DNA of 58,450 bases, counting the filler, from Sphacelaria rigidula (Eukaryota): the NCBI GenBank assembly GCA_964200075.2. It is 3 parts of 3 records of this genome, joined end to end, with 100 filler letters (N's around TTAATTAATTAA, not from the genome) between each part and the next. Parts side by side here need not be neighbours in the genome. Positions count along the whole stretch, not along the records: positions 1 to 19,432 come from CAXNAA020000673.1; 2 more parts are not named here. One strand, written 5' to 3'. The notes below the pieces were generated by a model. The model was not told the DNA's origin and ran no database searches. It was given only the letters and a program-made list of their open reading frames with translations. This document shows positions 1 through 11,771 of this stretch, piece after piece; positions within the stretch are counted from its first letter, which is position 1, and each line of letters opens with the position of its first letter. The translations under genes and the position numbers were made by a program.

Positions 1-628
1 CGGTCGCCCATAATGAGGTTTTCGGGAAATTGGGGGGGTGAACACCGTTTTCCAGTCTGTAGGGCCCCTTGTTTGAATTTGGTTTCCTGGTTCTGTGTGG
101 ATTAGGTTCTGGAGGGGTTCATCGCCTGTATAAGACAGGCCTGTGGAGAGCACGCGGTGACTTATCTAACCTGGAACAGTAGGTGTCTGTAGTTCGCAGC
201 CTCTCACTCGAAGAAAGGTTACGGAGCGTGTAGAGACGCGACGTGGACTTGTGCGGGGGATGAACTTTGCAAGGCAAGGCTTGAGGTTGGACGACAGAAT
301 GACACCTCAGACCTGAACTGGGCCCCCGCCGGACGTGGAGTATGACGAGTCCAGACTGTGGGTTGGAGAATAACGAACCCCGGGTGACAGGTCATGGGCA
401 ACAACAGTCTCGGGGTTGACATGCTTAGGGTCATGGCAGACCCTAGAATGTTATACCCTTTGTCGCGGACCCTCGATTTACGGTTGTAGCTACGGTATGA
501 TCTCTGGGCCAAGGAATCATCGATCTAAGTTAGCTGAGATTGTCGACGATAGCACTGGGTTCCACTTGATTCGGTGGTGAAAGCACAAGAGCGGCGGTTC
601 CATCGACGAAGGTTCAACTGCAACCACG

Positions 629-667
629 ATGGCTTCCTCCAAAATTGAGTTTTACATTTCCTGCAAG
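629..667 (+). CDS. Copine-like C2-domain gene, coding exon 1 (MASSKIEFYISCK)
   Basis: ATG in caaccacgATGG context; donor AAG|gtgtgt (phase 0); peptide resembles the copine C2A first strand (ELxISC); joins in frame to the next exon. Confidence 0.8.
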
Positions 668-1054
668 GTGTGTGTACTGTCCGTTTGTGCAATTAAGGTA
701 TTTCCTGTTGTACCGCTGTGCTATCCTCAATCAACATCCTTTACCTTTACTTAGTACCGACTGATGCCAACTTGAACATGTTGCGGCCGAACACGGCAGC
801 GATGTGCTGACGATGTGATGAGCTTGCATACACGTAGCGGCACGGAGTGCTGCAGCAGCCTCTTCCCGCAGGTGCCCTCAAGTTACTACACGTGCTGCGT
901 TGTTTCCCCCGTGTTTAGCTCACAGATTGCTCCGCCCCTGAGATCATGCTGCTATTTTGGGGGGTACAGTACGTATATTCTTGGTCCGTCTATGACCCCC
1001 TGCGATGGATTTATTTCTATGTTTGTTCTGTTTTAACGACATGGACGACTGCAG

Positions 1055-1146
1055 GATCTCAGGACAGCCGATGTGCTCTCAAAGTCCGATCCGTTCGCCG
1101 CGGTGTACATCGGGAAGGCGAACGACAAGGGCAAAGTCAAGTACAC
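1055..1146 (+). CDS. Copine-like C2-domain gene, exon 2 (DLRTADVLSKSDPFAAVYIGKANDKGKVKYT)
   Basis: Acceptor ctgcag|, donor |gtgagt (phase 2); contains the DxxSKSDPF Ca2+-binding loop motif typical of copine C2 domains. Confidence 0.88.
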
Positions 1147-1920
1147 GTGAGTGTATAGAGCGAGTAAGATGTATCCAGAATAAGGGCAGGTTGAAGTGGT
1201 ACTCCCATCGTCGCCGTTTCCCATCGTCGCCGTTTTAATGGCGAACGATTGCAACACACGGCACCATAGCGACACGGGTCGTGTATGGTCGTGCAATGTC
1301 CCCAGGGTATGTCCCTCAGAGGTCTATCGTGGCATAAGGGGCCGAGATACTCGTCAGCGGTGCCGAGACGGGCTCGTGACATCACTCGAGTTTTTTTGAG
1401 CGGCGGTAGTATCCAACACCGTGGATATCTAAGCGGTGCTAGATGTTTCCGATAGCAAAACCTACCGGAAGATCTGTTGTTGTGGCATCACGATCAAGTG
1501 GCTGAGACGCAGATTTCCACCAGCGTGACGGCGTGGGTATCGATCTGGCCGATAGCCCTGTAAAATAAGCTCACGAAGAAGCGTTCCTCAGGCAGACTCC
1601 GCGCTATGTGCAGAGCGGACGCGTGATCACACATCATTACATTGCTCTCCTCCACGAAGAGCCGAGAGCTGCCTGCCTAGGGTAGACTCAGCACAGCCAA
1701 CGGTTGTAGACGGTAAAAAAAGTGGCTAGATTCCTCGTGAGCAGCGAGGATGGATGGAACGATGTACAAACGTTTACCCGCGTCATGCAGCTGCATCAAG
1801 TCTCGGCCCATGGACACGACAGAGATGCGGCCTGCACATGTCGTGGTTGCCTGACGAGTAGCGCAGCCCGGGATGGCGATACCAAGTAGCGTCCTAAAAC
1901 TATCCTTTTTTTTGGAGAGC

Positions 1921-2150
1921 AGGCCGAGCAGGTGTTCACTCCACCTTACGTTCCGCGGAGTAATACCGCAGGGAAAAGCTTATTTCTTTCGGGAGAGTAC
2001 AGCTGTAGGCCAGGCAGATACCAGATGCTAACTCTATCGTGCGTTTTGCGGAGTGATACAAAAGTAAAATACCATTTCGTTTGGGATAGTCGGCCAGGCA
2101 GATACTCTCTCGTCGTACGTTTTGCGGAGCAATACCTACATAACGATTTT
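1921..2150. repeat. Three degenerate tandem units of about 85 bp
   Basis: ggcc(a/g)(g/a)gcag(a/g)t...cgtt(t/c)(t/c)gcggag(t/c)(a/g)atac recurs near 1921, 2006 and 2090. Confidence 0.6.
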
Positions 2151-3033
2151 GTAGTGTACAAAATAAAAATTGACTTTTCATAGTATTGGCGGTGTAACTT
2201 TTTTTGGTGACACCGCTGCTGGAATTCAACACGGCTCGCTACTGTCCACCGTTTACAGGAAGTCGAATGGGTGCGTAAGAAATTGAGTCTCGCTTATAAC
2301 GCATTACTGCTGACATCGATCTCCGCATTGAACTCGAGTTCTTCTCCGTCATGACCACTTGCTATTCCGACCATATTTTTAATGTAACCTTGTGTCAAGT
2401 ACAGGACGTCAATGTGGATCATTCTTCACGCGTCAAGGGGTGCGCAAACGCTTCCACCGACACCAGACGACCACAAGCACAGGGAGAAATTTATCATCGT
2501 GCTATTTATTGAACCATCCCGTCCAGGTTTTGGGGATGGCACGCCATGCTGTACAATAGCAGGCCATAAATATAGTAACAACCATGGGTAAGTTGACTCA
2601 ACCCTTTGACGGCAAGGGTGGATGATTTGTGTCCTGCATTAGTTTGCATTTGAAGTAAAACGATAACGCCAATCGAACAGAGAACCCACCATGGCGCTCG
2701 AAGGGTTAAATGTGGCGTACCGTGGGGCGAACCCCATGCCGTGGCATATTCCAAGATGCGGGGAAGCAGCAATTTGAAAACAACCGGTTCACGTTACACA
2801 AACTTGCCGTATTCTGCATGCGGCATCAGAGTGATCGAAGCATTTTGCTGAAGTGTTCTCACTTTCACCTCGGTAATCCATGCAATCCTTCGGTACGGAA
2901 CTACAGGGCCACCCCTGCGGTGTCTCTCATCACCCCACCGTTTTGTGTTAATTTTACTATAACCTGAAAAATCCTTGCGCACCTCCTGCACTCCATGACT
3001 GCGCGGCTCGCTTCTATTTGCTGCCTTTTCCAG

Positions 3034-3133
3034 AGATTTTGGGCGCACGGAGACCATCGGGAACACCAGCGATCCAGAGTTTACGAAACAGTTTGTCATC
3101 GACTACTTCTTCAATGAGACTCAGTTCATCAAG
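3034..3133 (+). CDS. Copine-like C2-domain gene, exon 3 (DFGRTETIGNTSDPEFTKQFVIDYFFNETQFIK)
   Basis: Acceptor ccttttccag|, donor AAG|gtaccg; phase matches exon 2; GRTExIxNxxxPxF...DYFFxExQ is the copine C2A pattern. Confidence 0.88.
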
Positions 3134-3223
3134 GTACCGCTTCAGAGTTTTACCTCATTTTTTTGTTGTGTCGACTCTTTGAGCGCCTGTAGATGGGCAT
3201 CTGAGGACCTGTGTTTGCTTATT

Positions 3224-3371
3224 AGTTTTCGATCGAAAAAGTGCGGTGGAAAACAAGAAACCCGATCTGATAGGTCGTGATTTCAACCATCGTCGTTGTT
3301 GAAGATGGTTGAAATCAAGGCCTATCGGATTAGGATTTTTGTTTTCCACCGCATTTTCTCAATCGAAAACT
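3224..3371. repeat. Imperfect fold-back inverted repeat (arms about 68 bp)
   Basis: 3224-3291 is the imperfect reverse complement of 3304-3371 (tgcggtggaaaacaa...tgatttcaaccatc / gatggttgaaatca...ttgttttccaccgca). Confidence 0.8.
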
Positions 3372-4117
3372 GCTAAGACAGGGCCTGAGTGTAACATAAT
3401 TTTTTGTACACGTCGGGCAGATCCGTCTGAAATAACTAATCAAAGAAAACTCTCGGATCCAGTGGTCCAACAATACACAACATGTGACCGCGGAGTCAGA
3501 AAAGCCAAAGAGCAACCTTTGCGCTACTCGGTGTGCTCGGCGTCCGGCGCTGTACGGAGCAAACGTGGAAAAGGGAGACCAAACGACCCGCGTCATAATT
3601 CGGATCAGTGTAATAAGAGGAAGTAATTTTCAGACGGATCATGATGTGTCCGACGCGTGCAATTTTCAAACACGATTGCGATCCAAAAGATGAACAGTGG
3701 TTATAAACACGAATATCCAACGGCTACCTGCCAACCAACAAACGATAGCCAACGAGTCAAGTAGATGATCCCCACATATATGTATTCATATACTTCAGAG
3801 TTGTATTTCGTTGATATTTACATCAAATAGGTATAATATGTACCACATTCGATGAAGCCCCCTGTGCCCTGACCCCCCTCTGGATGTGGGCCCATTCCTA
3901 CCGTCATAACCCAGACTTGACCATGATTCACCCAATCTCAGCGTTCTCCGTTCTCGAGGCACCCTCTTTGTCGCCGCGCTAACATGGCATAGGTGAGGTC
4001 GTCGTATTCACATTATTTACGTCCCTCCGTAACCACAAAATTACAAGATATATCAACGGGTGTGGGACAGGGGCAGCAGCCCACACACAATCAAAGGCAC
4101 GTTCTGCTCATTCGTAA

Positions 4118-4358
4118 CCCTTTTGGAGCCGTTGATGGAAAAGTGACGATTTTCAAAGTCCCAGATGCGAGCTTTCGTCACCGGAAAAACGTCACTTCGA
4201 GTTCGGTGCACGAATCTGCCACATTAGTATACTTGAAGTTAGAGCGGTGCACCGTTTTGTTGGGCTGCATCATGAACACCTGGAGAAAAACAACCGTATC
4301 TTGCCCAAGAAAAAGTCAATTGTACATCGTCATTTTTCCATCAACGGTTCCAAAAGGG
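4118..4358. mobile_element. MITE with about 40-bp TIRs, piggyBac-like ends
   Basis: CCCTTTTGGAGCCGTTGATGGAAAAGTGACGAT ... ATCGTCATTTTTCCATCAACGGTTCCAAAAGGG; flanks GTAA and TTCA resemble a decayed TTAA target duplication. Confidence 0.65.
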
Positions 4359-5559
4359 TTCAACACACCAAAAATGGTCGTTCTTTCCGATCTTGATGCA
4401 GTGCTTCGAATATCAACACGCCGGTAAATCGTGACACCCACTTTACACCATGCCGATGAGCGCTGTGTACTCACAGTCTCCCTGCGAGACGTAAAATATC
4501 GATGGTCCGTCACGGCGTCACGTTTCGCGAGATCTGTGGGCATATACAGTACAGACGCAGCGGCGCGTACACCATGAGAGCATTTTCAAGGGCGCGAGGA
4601 TGCCACATGTTGATGTTCACGCCTCCCTTAGTGTTGAGCCCGGCGCACATAGTGGACCACGCCAACAATGCCACGAGTCAGATGCAAATGAAAGCGGTGA
4701 TTTGAGATCCGCACACGCCACATTTGTGGTTGTCGTAGTTAACTTCTCTATCAGTGGAAGATCGGGATGTCGTCGCGAAGGATCCTATCTCCGTCACCGC
4801 ATTTCGATCACTGTCGTGAGCCGCGGGGACGGACCTAGGTTGGTCGCTCGCCACGGCGCGCTGCTGGGCATAATGGAGAGATAATTCGCGGAGTTGGGTC
4901 GGCAGACAAGCATCGATGAGGGAAAGCGGGAAGCCTTGTTCGGATGGAGTCGTCTCGACTTGCGGCATACAGGGGGGAAAAGCAGTAGACTGCAGGCGCT
5001 GCTGGAGAGATGAAAAATAATTGTCGCGGAGGAGCGGCAGCAGCATACTGTAGATCGGCGGCGGCCGAGCAGAGGTCGCTTCCATCCCGTGTTGAATGCA
5101 GAGTGGCTGTAACAAGCGAAAGTCACGGAGGTGCAGCATTTGACAAGAACGCCGGATGCGGGAGTGGTTCAGGTAAGAAAGCATGCGCTCGGATCATTCC
5201 GGCTGGCTGAGAAGAGCAGCCTTGCACGGTACATACTTATGATGCGGCCTTATTTTGGATCTGCCCCAAAGGGTGTCGTGTGTTTTGCTTCCTGTGGAAC
5301 CCAAAAGACCGTGAGACTCGAATCGAAGCGGACCATTGGTCAGGTACATTTTCGCATGAACATTAGACACGTGTTGCTCGGTTCGCATTTGAAAATTAGA
5401 GCGAGCTTGTATTTCAAGAATGTTCCACCAGGTTGGTATGTTAGGGCAACGGAGATCACGCAATATACCGCCCTGTGTGAAAAACGGCCCATTCTCTCAG
5501 TAAGTGCGTTGGTAACGCCGCTGCAAGAGAGGTGACGACGCGGAGATGCGTGTACATGC

Positions 5560-8066
5560 CGTTATAAAATTTGGGACTTGGGAGCGGTGCGCTGTGGTTC
5601 CCGTGAAGGTGTGAGGGTGTGAACACCCGACTGACAAAGGTCGTTACCTGATGTCACGGACTCATGACGGCGTGTGTAGACTTGATTGAGACGTGAGGCA
5701 CCGGCTATGGCAATAGTGGTAGCGGTCGTTTTCGATCGTGTGCGGTTCACTGCGCGGTTGGGTGGAAGTAAGTTCGTTTCTGTCGCGGACGGCCTCTCTA
5801 TTGGTTGGAAAGTCTTCATTTTTTACATGCCCTGGATTGCAGAGAAACAGGTACTGCGTCTGCATTGCCTTTGCCCATGTCGTTCGCCATTCCGACGGTT
5901 TCCTTCTGTGGTTTACAAATATCTTCTCATGTTTTTGGAACATTGCCGTTGTGTAGTGCGTGTACAGCAGTCGACGATAGTGCTGGACTAAACCGGGCTG
6001 GACTGCATGGCATTGTTTTTGAAGTGAATGGATGCATGACGTACATCGCTACCGGCAACACTGTGCGTCTTTTGTGCGTTATTGAAGTCCACTAGGAGAA
6101 GCGGCAGGTAGCTGCCTAGACTATTATTCTGGTAACCACGGGGAATCGTAATTTGTATAACAAGCACTCACACCTAAATGAAATGACGTGCGCTGTCCTT
6201 CTCCCGCTCGCCTCGGTTCTCTCGACTCGTTGAATACTAGAGGTCTATCTGATCACTCCGTATTCCACATCGACGTCGTGCCCAGTGACGGAAGTGGGGA
6301 GGCACGTGAGGAAGGCTGCCCAGTCTCGAAGGAAGGCACACACAAGCTGGGTGGTGCGACCGAGCTGTTCTCCACCGTAGTGGTCTTCCGCACCGGTGCT
6401 GCAGTTTGTGTGGACAAATCTGGAAATCCACTTCTGCAATTAAACTGTATCATGATGGTTCAGGCCCTGAAATCGTCCATGAGTTTGATGGGACCGCGAT
6501 GGCAATGCTTGCGTAGGGGCTTGGTGCTAACGTCTGCAGGTCGAATCTTCTGTCTTCTCGTAGTGGATGGCGATGTTGCTATCGGCCACCGCCTTTTCTC
6601 AGCGTGATGTGCTCGGGCCGGGGGAAGTAAGGGCGATTGCTGGCGACGTGCAGTGGCGACGTGTTGTCGATGTGCAGCGGGACGCTGCTGAATCCTCTTC
6701 GAAACCAACTCCATCATTTTCGAGCAGGACACCGCCTCCTTCGTAGCGAGTGCTGTTGCGACGAGCTCCGCTTCCGTCGAGTATTGCGCAGTCGGAGTTT
6801 GTATCCCCGCCTTGGAGCTAATCGGACTGTTATAATGCAGAATGACATACGGCAACATTGGCGTGCCGTTATTGGACTTTTTGCTTCAATTGCCGTCGGA
6901 GTAGGCGGCGAGGTTGATCCCCCTTCGCTTGTGGGTGATGGAGAAGTTCGTGGCCTCGGCCGAGGAGCGAAGCAGGTGCTTGGCTACCCCTATATGGGCT
7001 CTTGAGGGCTTGGATACTGCTCTTGCCGGCTGGTTCAGTGCCGAGAGGATGTCGTAACGGGGGACCCGAGCAAGGTATATACCGCACCCGTGATGTATCG
7101 GTACCGTATGGTGTCGTCGTCGTTGGGCACCTTTTCTTTCACCCCAGCTGAGGACAGCTCACGCCCCACACTGGAGTGTACCCAGGGCTGCAGCCGTACA
7201 TACGAACGCTCTCGATCTCCGCGTGGTTCTTCTGATTGATGGTGATCGTCCCTTTCCCGACGCTTATGCCCAGAGCTCTCGACAAGTCGCGCATATCCGT
7301 CATCTCGAACCGCTGTACCAACTACTTCTTGCGCAAGTTGAGCAGCTGTTTGTTGGCGTCCAGCATGAAGAGGTCACCTACATGAAGCATCAGGCACACC
7401 AAGCTTGTCTCATCCTCGTAAAGGTATACGCATGGATCTGATTTGAGGGGGCGGGACTCATTGTTGCTGAGGAATTTGTTCATAGTACCGAACAAGTTCT
7501 TGGAGCTTTGACGGAGTCAATATAGAATTTTCCTGAGCGTCATCATCCGGGGAACTCCCTGCCTTATTTCTGAGCTCGTAGCCGGAAGCTTTTACCCGTG
7601 GGTTGTTCATTTCGGAAGCAATCTTCACTAGCTGCGGCTGTGATGGAAAAAAAGTTTGCGTCCTATCCCTGACAAGATCAGGGTGGCAGCCCGGATGACA
7701 TGCGGGTCACCGTGCTTGTCGGTGACGAGGTCTTGCAGGACGTCTTCCGCAGTGCTGTCAAGCAGAGCGCCGCTGCTGTAAGAATATTTCGAGGCACCGT
7801 GGGGCCGACATAGTCCAGTAGACGTTGCTTGATGTCGGGGATAAGCAGGTCGCCAGAGAATCCCCGAAAGTTCCGCTATCCACGGGGATGGTGACTGAGC
7901 CATCACGGGCCTGGGACTCCGCTTCGGTTGCTGGCAACCCCATTCGGCTGCGGGCGGCCCCAATGCCATTAGAGTCGTGCGATAGAGAGGTACGCCGCCT
8001 TCGCCATTCACCTTCCCACTGATACGACTGAAAATTACCTTGTCTTGTCCGTCAAGCAATACGAGC
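5560..8066 (-). mobile_element. Decayed, internally deleted Ty1/copia retrotransposon (protease, RT, RNase H, putative 3' LTR 5560-6162)
   Basis: Minus-strand remnants: protease SVTIPVDSGT (about 7880), RT SDPCVYL..HVGDL..RFEMTD (7139-7560), RNase H AQYSTEAELVA (about 6770); LTR-like segment bounded by TGTTATAC/TTATAAC; many stops and frameshifts. Confidence 0.8.
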
Positions 8067-8279
8067 CTGCTCTCACTCGAAGGAAAGGACACGCCAAATA
8101 TCAGTCACATCCACGGGAAGACAAATGGTAAACATTGGGTACCTTTCTACGGAACGGCTCTGATGGCGTGGGGGTCACTTGCAGCCGAACGGGAGTCCCC
8201 CACCGGTGATTACTTTGTCACGATCCCGGTGGACAGCAGAGCTTTTGAGAAATTCTGTGATGACCTGCTAATTTCCGAC
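7834..8279. repeat. Long imperfect palindrome: fold-back duplication of the copia gag-protease junction
   Basis: ORFs 7628-8092(-) and 8040-8330(+) give homologous peptides reading outward from about 8066; both arms carry VTIPVDS. Confidence 0.8.
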
Positions 8280-9489
8280 TGTGCGCGTCATGCTGTAGCG
8301 AGGCTCATATCCTCATGGCGTCTGTGGTGATACGGGTTGACGTGGCTGTAGAGGCTGACGTTTGTCGCGATTTAGCTGACCGTGTGTGCACACAAATTTC
8401 GCACGGGATTGAGGGAAATGCTGCCAATTGGTGCTCCAAGGGCGCTTGCGACCGGGAACGAATCTGGAACAATGAATATTGTCAGGACTCCAGGGGGTCG
8501 AGGAGAGCGAGAGAAGAGGGGGTCATGTACCAGTGGGTTATCTCGTGCTCATCATCTCGGAATGGCGTACCCCACCTGTTCGTAATTCCATATCCTATTG
8601 AGCAATTCCTGAAAACGTTATCCCAGGTACCCATACCTTCCAGAGGAAAGTTCACTGGAGTGAGAACTTCTGGTTCATATGGTCACTCCGCATCAAAGCT
8701 AACGGAACACGGACTCATGCGCTGTGCTACTGAGCATGGCATACTCCATGTGCTGTGAAGTGGTGGCTGGGATCGGCTGGAAACCGTACTCCTCAACAGA
8801 TAGAAAGAGGGGGGTGATGAACACTGGTCACCACATCGAATCAAAGAAGACTTGGCGCCAATATGCGACTCGTCATGTGACTTCGACGCGATATGCCTTC
8901 CTTTTGCCGTAGGGGTAGTGTCGCCGTCTACCACAACAAAAATGGGAAAAAACGGAGTCCCCTCAACACCCGCTTTGAAAATCCTCGACTCATAGCACAT
9001 ACCCTGCAAATGAGCCATTACAGCATCCCAAGTGCCGAACACGCCGATCACCAAGAGCAAAGATGAATTCGAGACTGTAGTAACGTACAGTCCAGGTCCA
9101 TGGTGTGAGGAGGCTGGACGTCGGCCAAGCTGCGTGGAACCAGCCGGGGGGCTGCTGTTCGAGGGGGGACATGGAGGACGAGAGCCTGGATTGCTCCGGG
9201 ATAGTTGAATATCAAAACAACCATCATTTCTTCACCATATGTAGTTCTCAGCATCCGATGTCGGTAACGTTTCGATAAATTTCGGCGAAGCCGAAGTGCG
9301 AGCCCCAGATGCCCCAAATGAGTACGCTGCAGCAGGCCCGTTTCTCTCTCCCGACGACCCCAAGCCCACCCCCCGATCCCCCCCACCCCCGTCACCACCT
9401 CTCGCTNNNNNNNNNNCCCCGTCCTCCGTGGGGGACGTTTCCACAAATTCCGGGCAGGGCGAAGGGGCGGCCCCCACGCCCCCACAAAG

Positions 9490-9523
<34 letters not shown>

Positions 9524-9529
9524 ACTAAC

Positions 9530-10295
9530 CAACCTAGTCCGGCGAAAGCCGGCGTGCTTTGTTCCGGCTTTGAAGGGACGGATCCCCTATGGGGTTGACG
9601 TCGGTTGGTAATGACGCTGTGAAACACGCCACTCACTGCGTAAGCTAGGCTACCAGGTTACCGATTGTTTTTGCGCTTAGGTGTTTTTTACCGTAATAAT
9701 GATGGTGGTCGAGCTAGATCATATTGTGCGAGATGGGAGAACCTCAACTCCGCGCAAAGGGGATGCTCATACTACGTAGTGTTGAAATGGTGAAACACCC
9801 ATGAGGTAGCGCGTAAGCCGTGGCTGTCTCTGGAAGTGGTGATACCAGAAATTGAAGCAGCTCATTGGAGGCTGTCAAACAGATGCAAGATAATCAGTAC
9901 GCCGCCCGCCGAACGATCTCAGAAGGGTGCAGCTCACCCTTCATGCAACTTGCTGAACACATCACGGCGCTTCGCGCTTTGTTATCGATTGCGAGCCTGG
10001 TCTGGCAAAACCCGACCTGCTCCGTCCCGGCTTTGTAGGGATGCGAGGCCCATGTTCATATGACCATGGCATGCAAGATCATGAGTCCCCCCCCCCCCCC
10101 GCCCCCCATCCCCCCGGGGGAGCAATCTTAGCAAGATGAAGCTCACTCTCACATGCTACTCTCCGAACATATCACGGCGCTTCGTGCTTGGTGACTGCGA
10201 GCGTGGTCCGGCGAAAACCCGGCCTGCTCCGTCCCGGCTCTGTAGGGATGCGAGGTCAATGATCTTATGAATACGGCGTGCAAGCTTATGATTTT
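9530..10295 (+). repeat. Cluster of three copies of a dispersed repeat (another copy at 30225-30335, minus strand)
   Basis: tggtccggcgaaaacccggcctgctccgtcccggctctgtagggatgcgagg motif near 9535 (diverged), 10000 and 10205. Confidence 0.65.
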
Positions 10296-11771
10296 TTGGC
10301 ATCCGTCTCGAAATATACTGCTTTGAACAAACACAAAGACATGAAGAACAACAAATCAGCGGGAAAGGATATACGCACAGATATACACATCGAAGGAAAT
10401 AAATCGAACGGGCGAAAAACAGCATGATTGGCGCACATTAACGAGCACGAGCGGGAGGGTTTTCCTCAAAGTAGCATAACCAATGCGGCATTAGCATAAC
10501 CAACGAGCAGAGATACCTCGTTGAAGTATATGCTCATCCGAAGTGAAGTGTGGAATACGCCGAAACTTCAAGTACAATTGGGAAGAGCCTAACAATCTCA
10601 CCGCATCAGCTGGAGGTGAATAATGCCTCACTGTTCGGTGCAAGCTCAACTTCATTGTACCGTATCGAGCTTATCGTTACCGTAACTGTTATATCGAACT
10701 GTTTTCAAGACGATACCGATTTCGATACCACGACACGGTGTATCGAAACTCACGACGCGATATCCGATACGGCTCTGAGGAATGACTGTGTACGCAGTTA
10801 TCATTTTTTCTTCAAAAAAAGTACAGCAAAACTACATGAGCGTGCACAAGAGTGTGCGAGGGGGAAGCATTTTAGTGGGAAACAGCGCGCGTGTCTTTAT
10901 CTTTCGGAGAGAACCTTTTCACGCTCTTTATCCCCGGCGACCCCCGCCCGTGCAACACACGACCCCGCCCTCTTCCAATGTGGAAACTGAGCGCTGGAGA
11001 TACCACCTACAGCACGCAGCAGGGAAGCACACTTGGTTCACAAACCGTCTGAGCTGATGTTGGCGCCTCATGAAACCCCGGCCACCGTGCGGCATTTGGT
11101 GGGCTTTCATTGAAAACGGTAACCCATAGTTCATTGTACCGTAGGGTGATTGATTTTCGCTGTGTAAGTGTGGTACACGGTGTGCGTGACCGACAAAGTG
11201 GGGTACGGGCGCGGGTGGTATTCTGCTTTCTGCTTTTGGTATCGGTCGGTATCACGGTTTATGCTTTTCCGAACGTGCGGTACGGTGCGGGGATATACGA
11301 GTGCGGTACCTACGCGGCAGAACGCACGTAATGCGGTTGCCGCGGGAATCGAGCACTTCGGTACCTTACCGCGGAAAGTTACGGTTCTCGGCATTGCCAT
11401 GTGCAACTGTCGTCGCCGCGCCCCGGTGGTTTAACGGGCATAATCTAGAACTGGTTACGTCAGAGTAGGGGGTTCGGTTCGGTTCCCAGCAGATCCTGTT
11501 CCCTGTGGTTTGTTGGTGGGAACATCTGTTTTCCGCGGGTGAAAACGGGAGGACGTTAGAAACAACTAGAAATTGGTGAAAGTGGACGCAATGTGGGAGG
11601 GCTTATCCGATTCGCGATACCATATGTTCGGGGTGTATCGGGGAAGTGTCGTAAGATTGCGTACTACATGGGGAATGTCTGCAAGAGCTTTCCGGGTGTA
11701 CGCCGGTCACACTGCTGCTACGGCCCCGATCAACTGTTCACGGAAGGAGTGAACGCGTGTTTTTCTTGGCC

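Noticed and set aside
1921..2150. Regularly spaced short repeats as a CRISPR-like array
   Set aside because: Repeats are degenerate along the whole unit, with no unique spacers and no cas genes, in a eukaryotic intron
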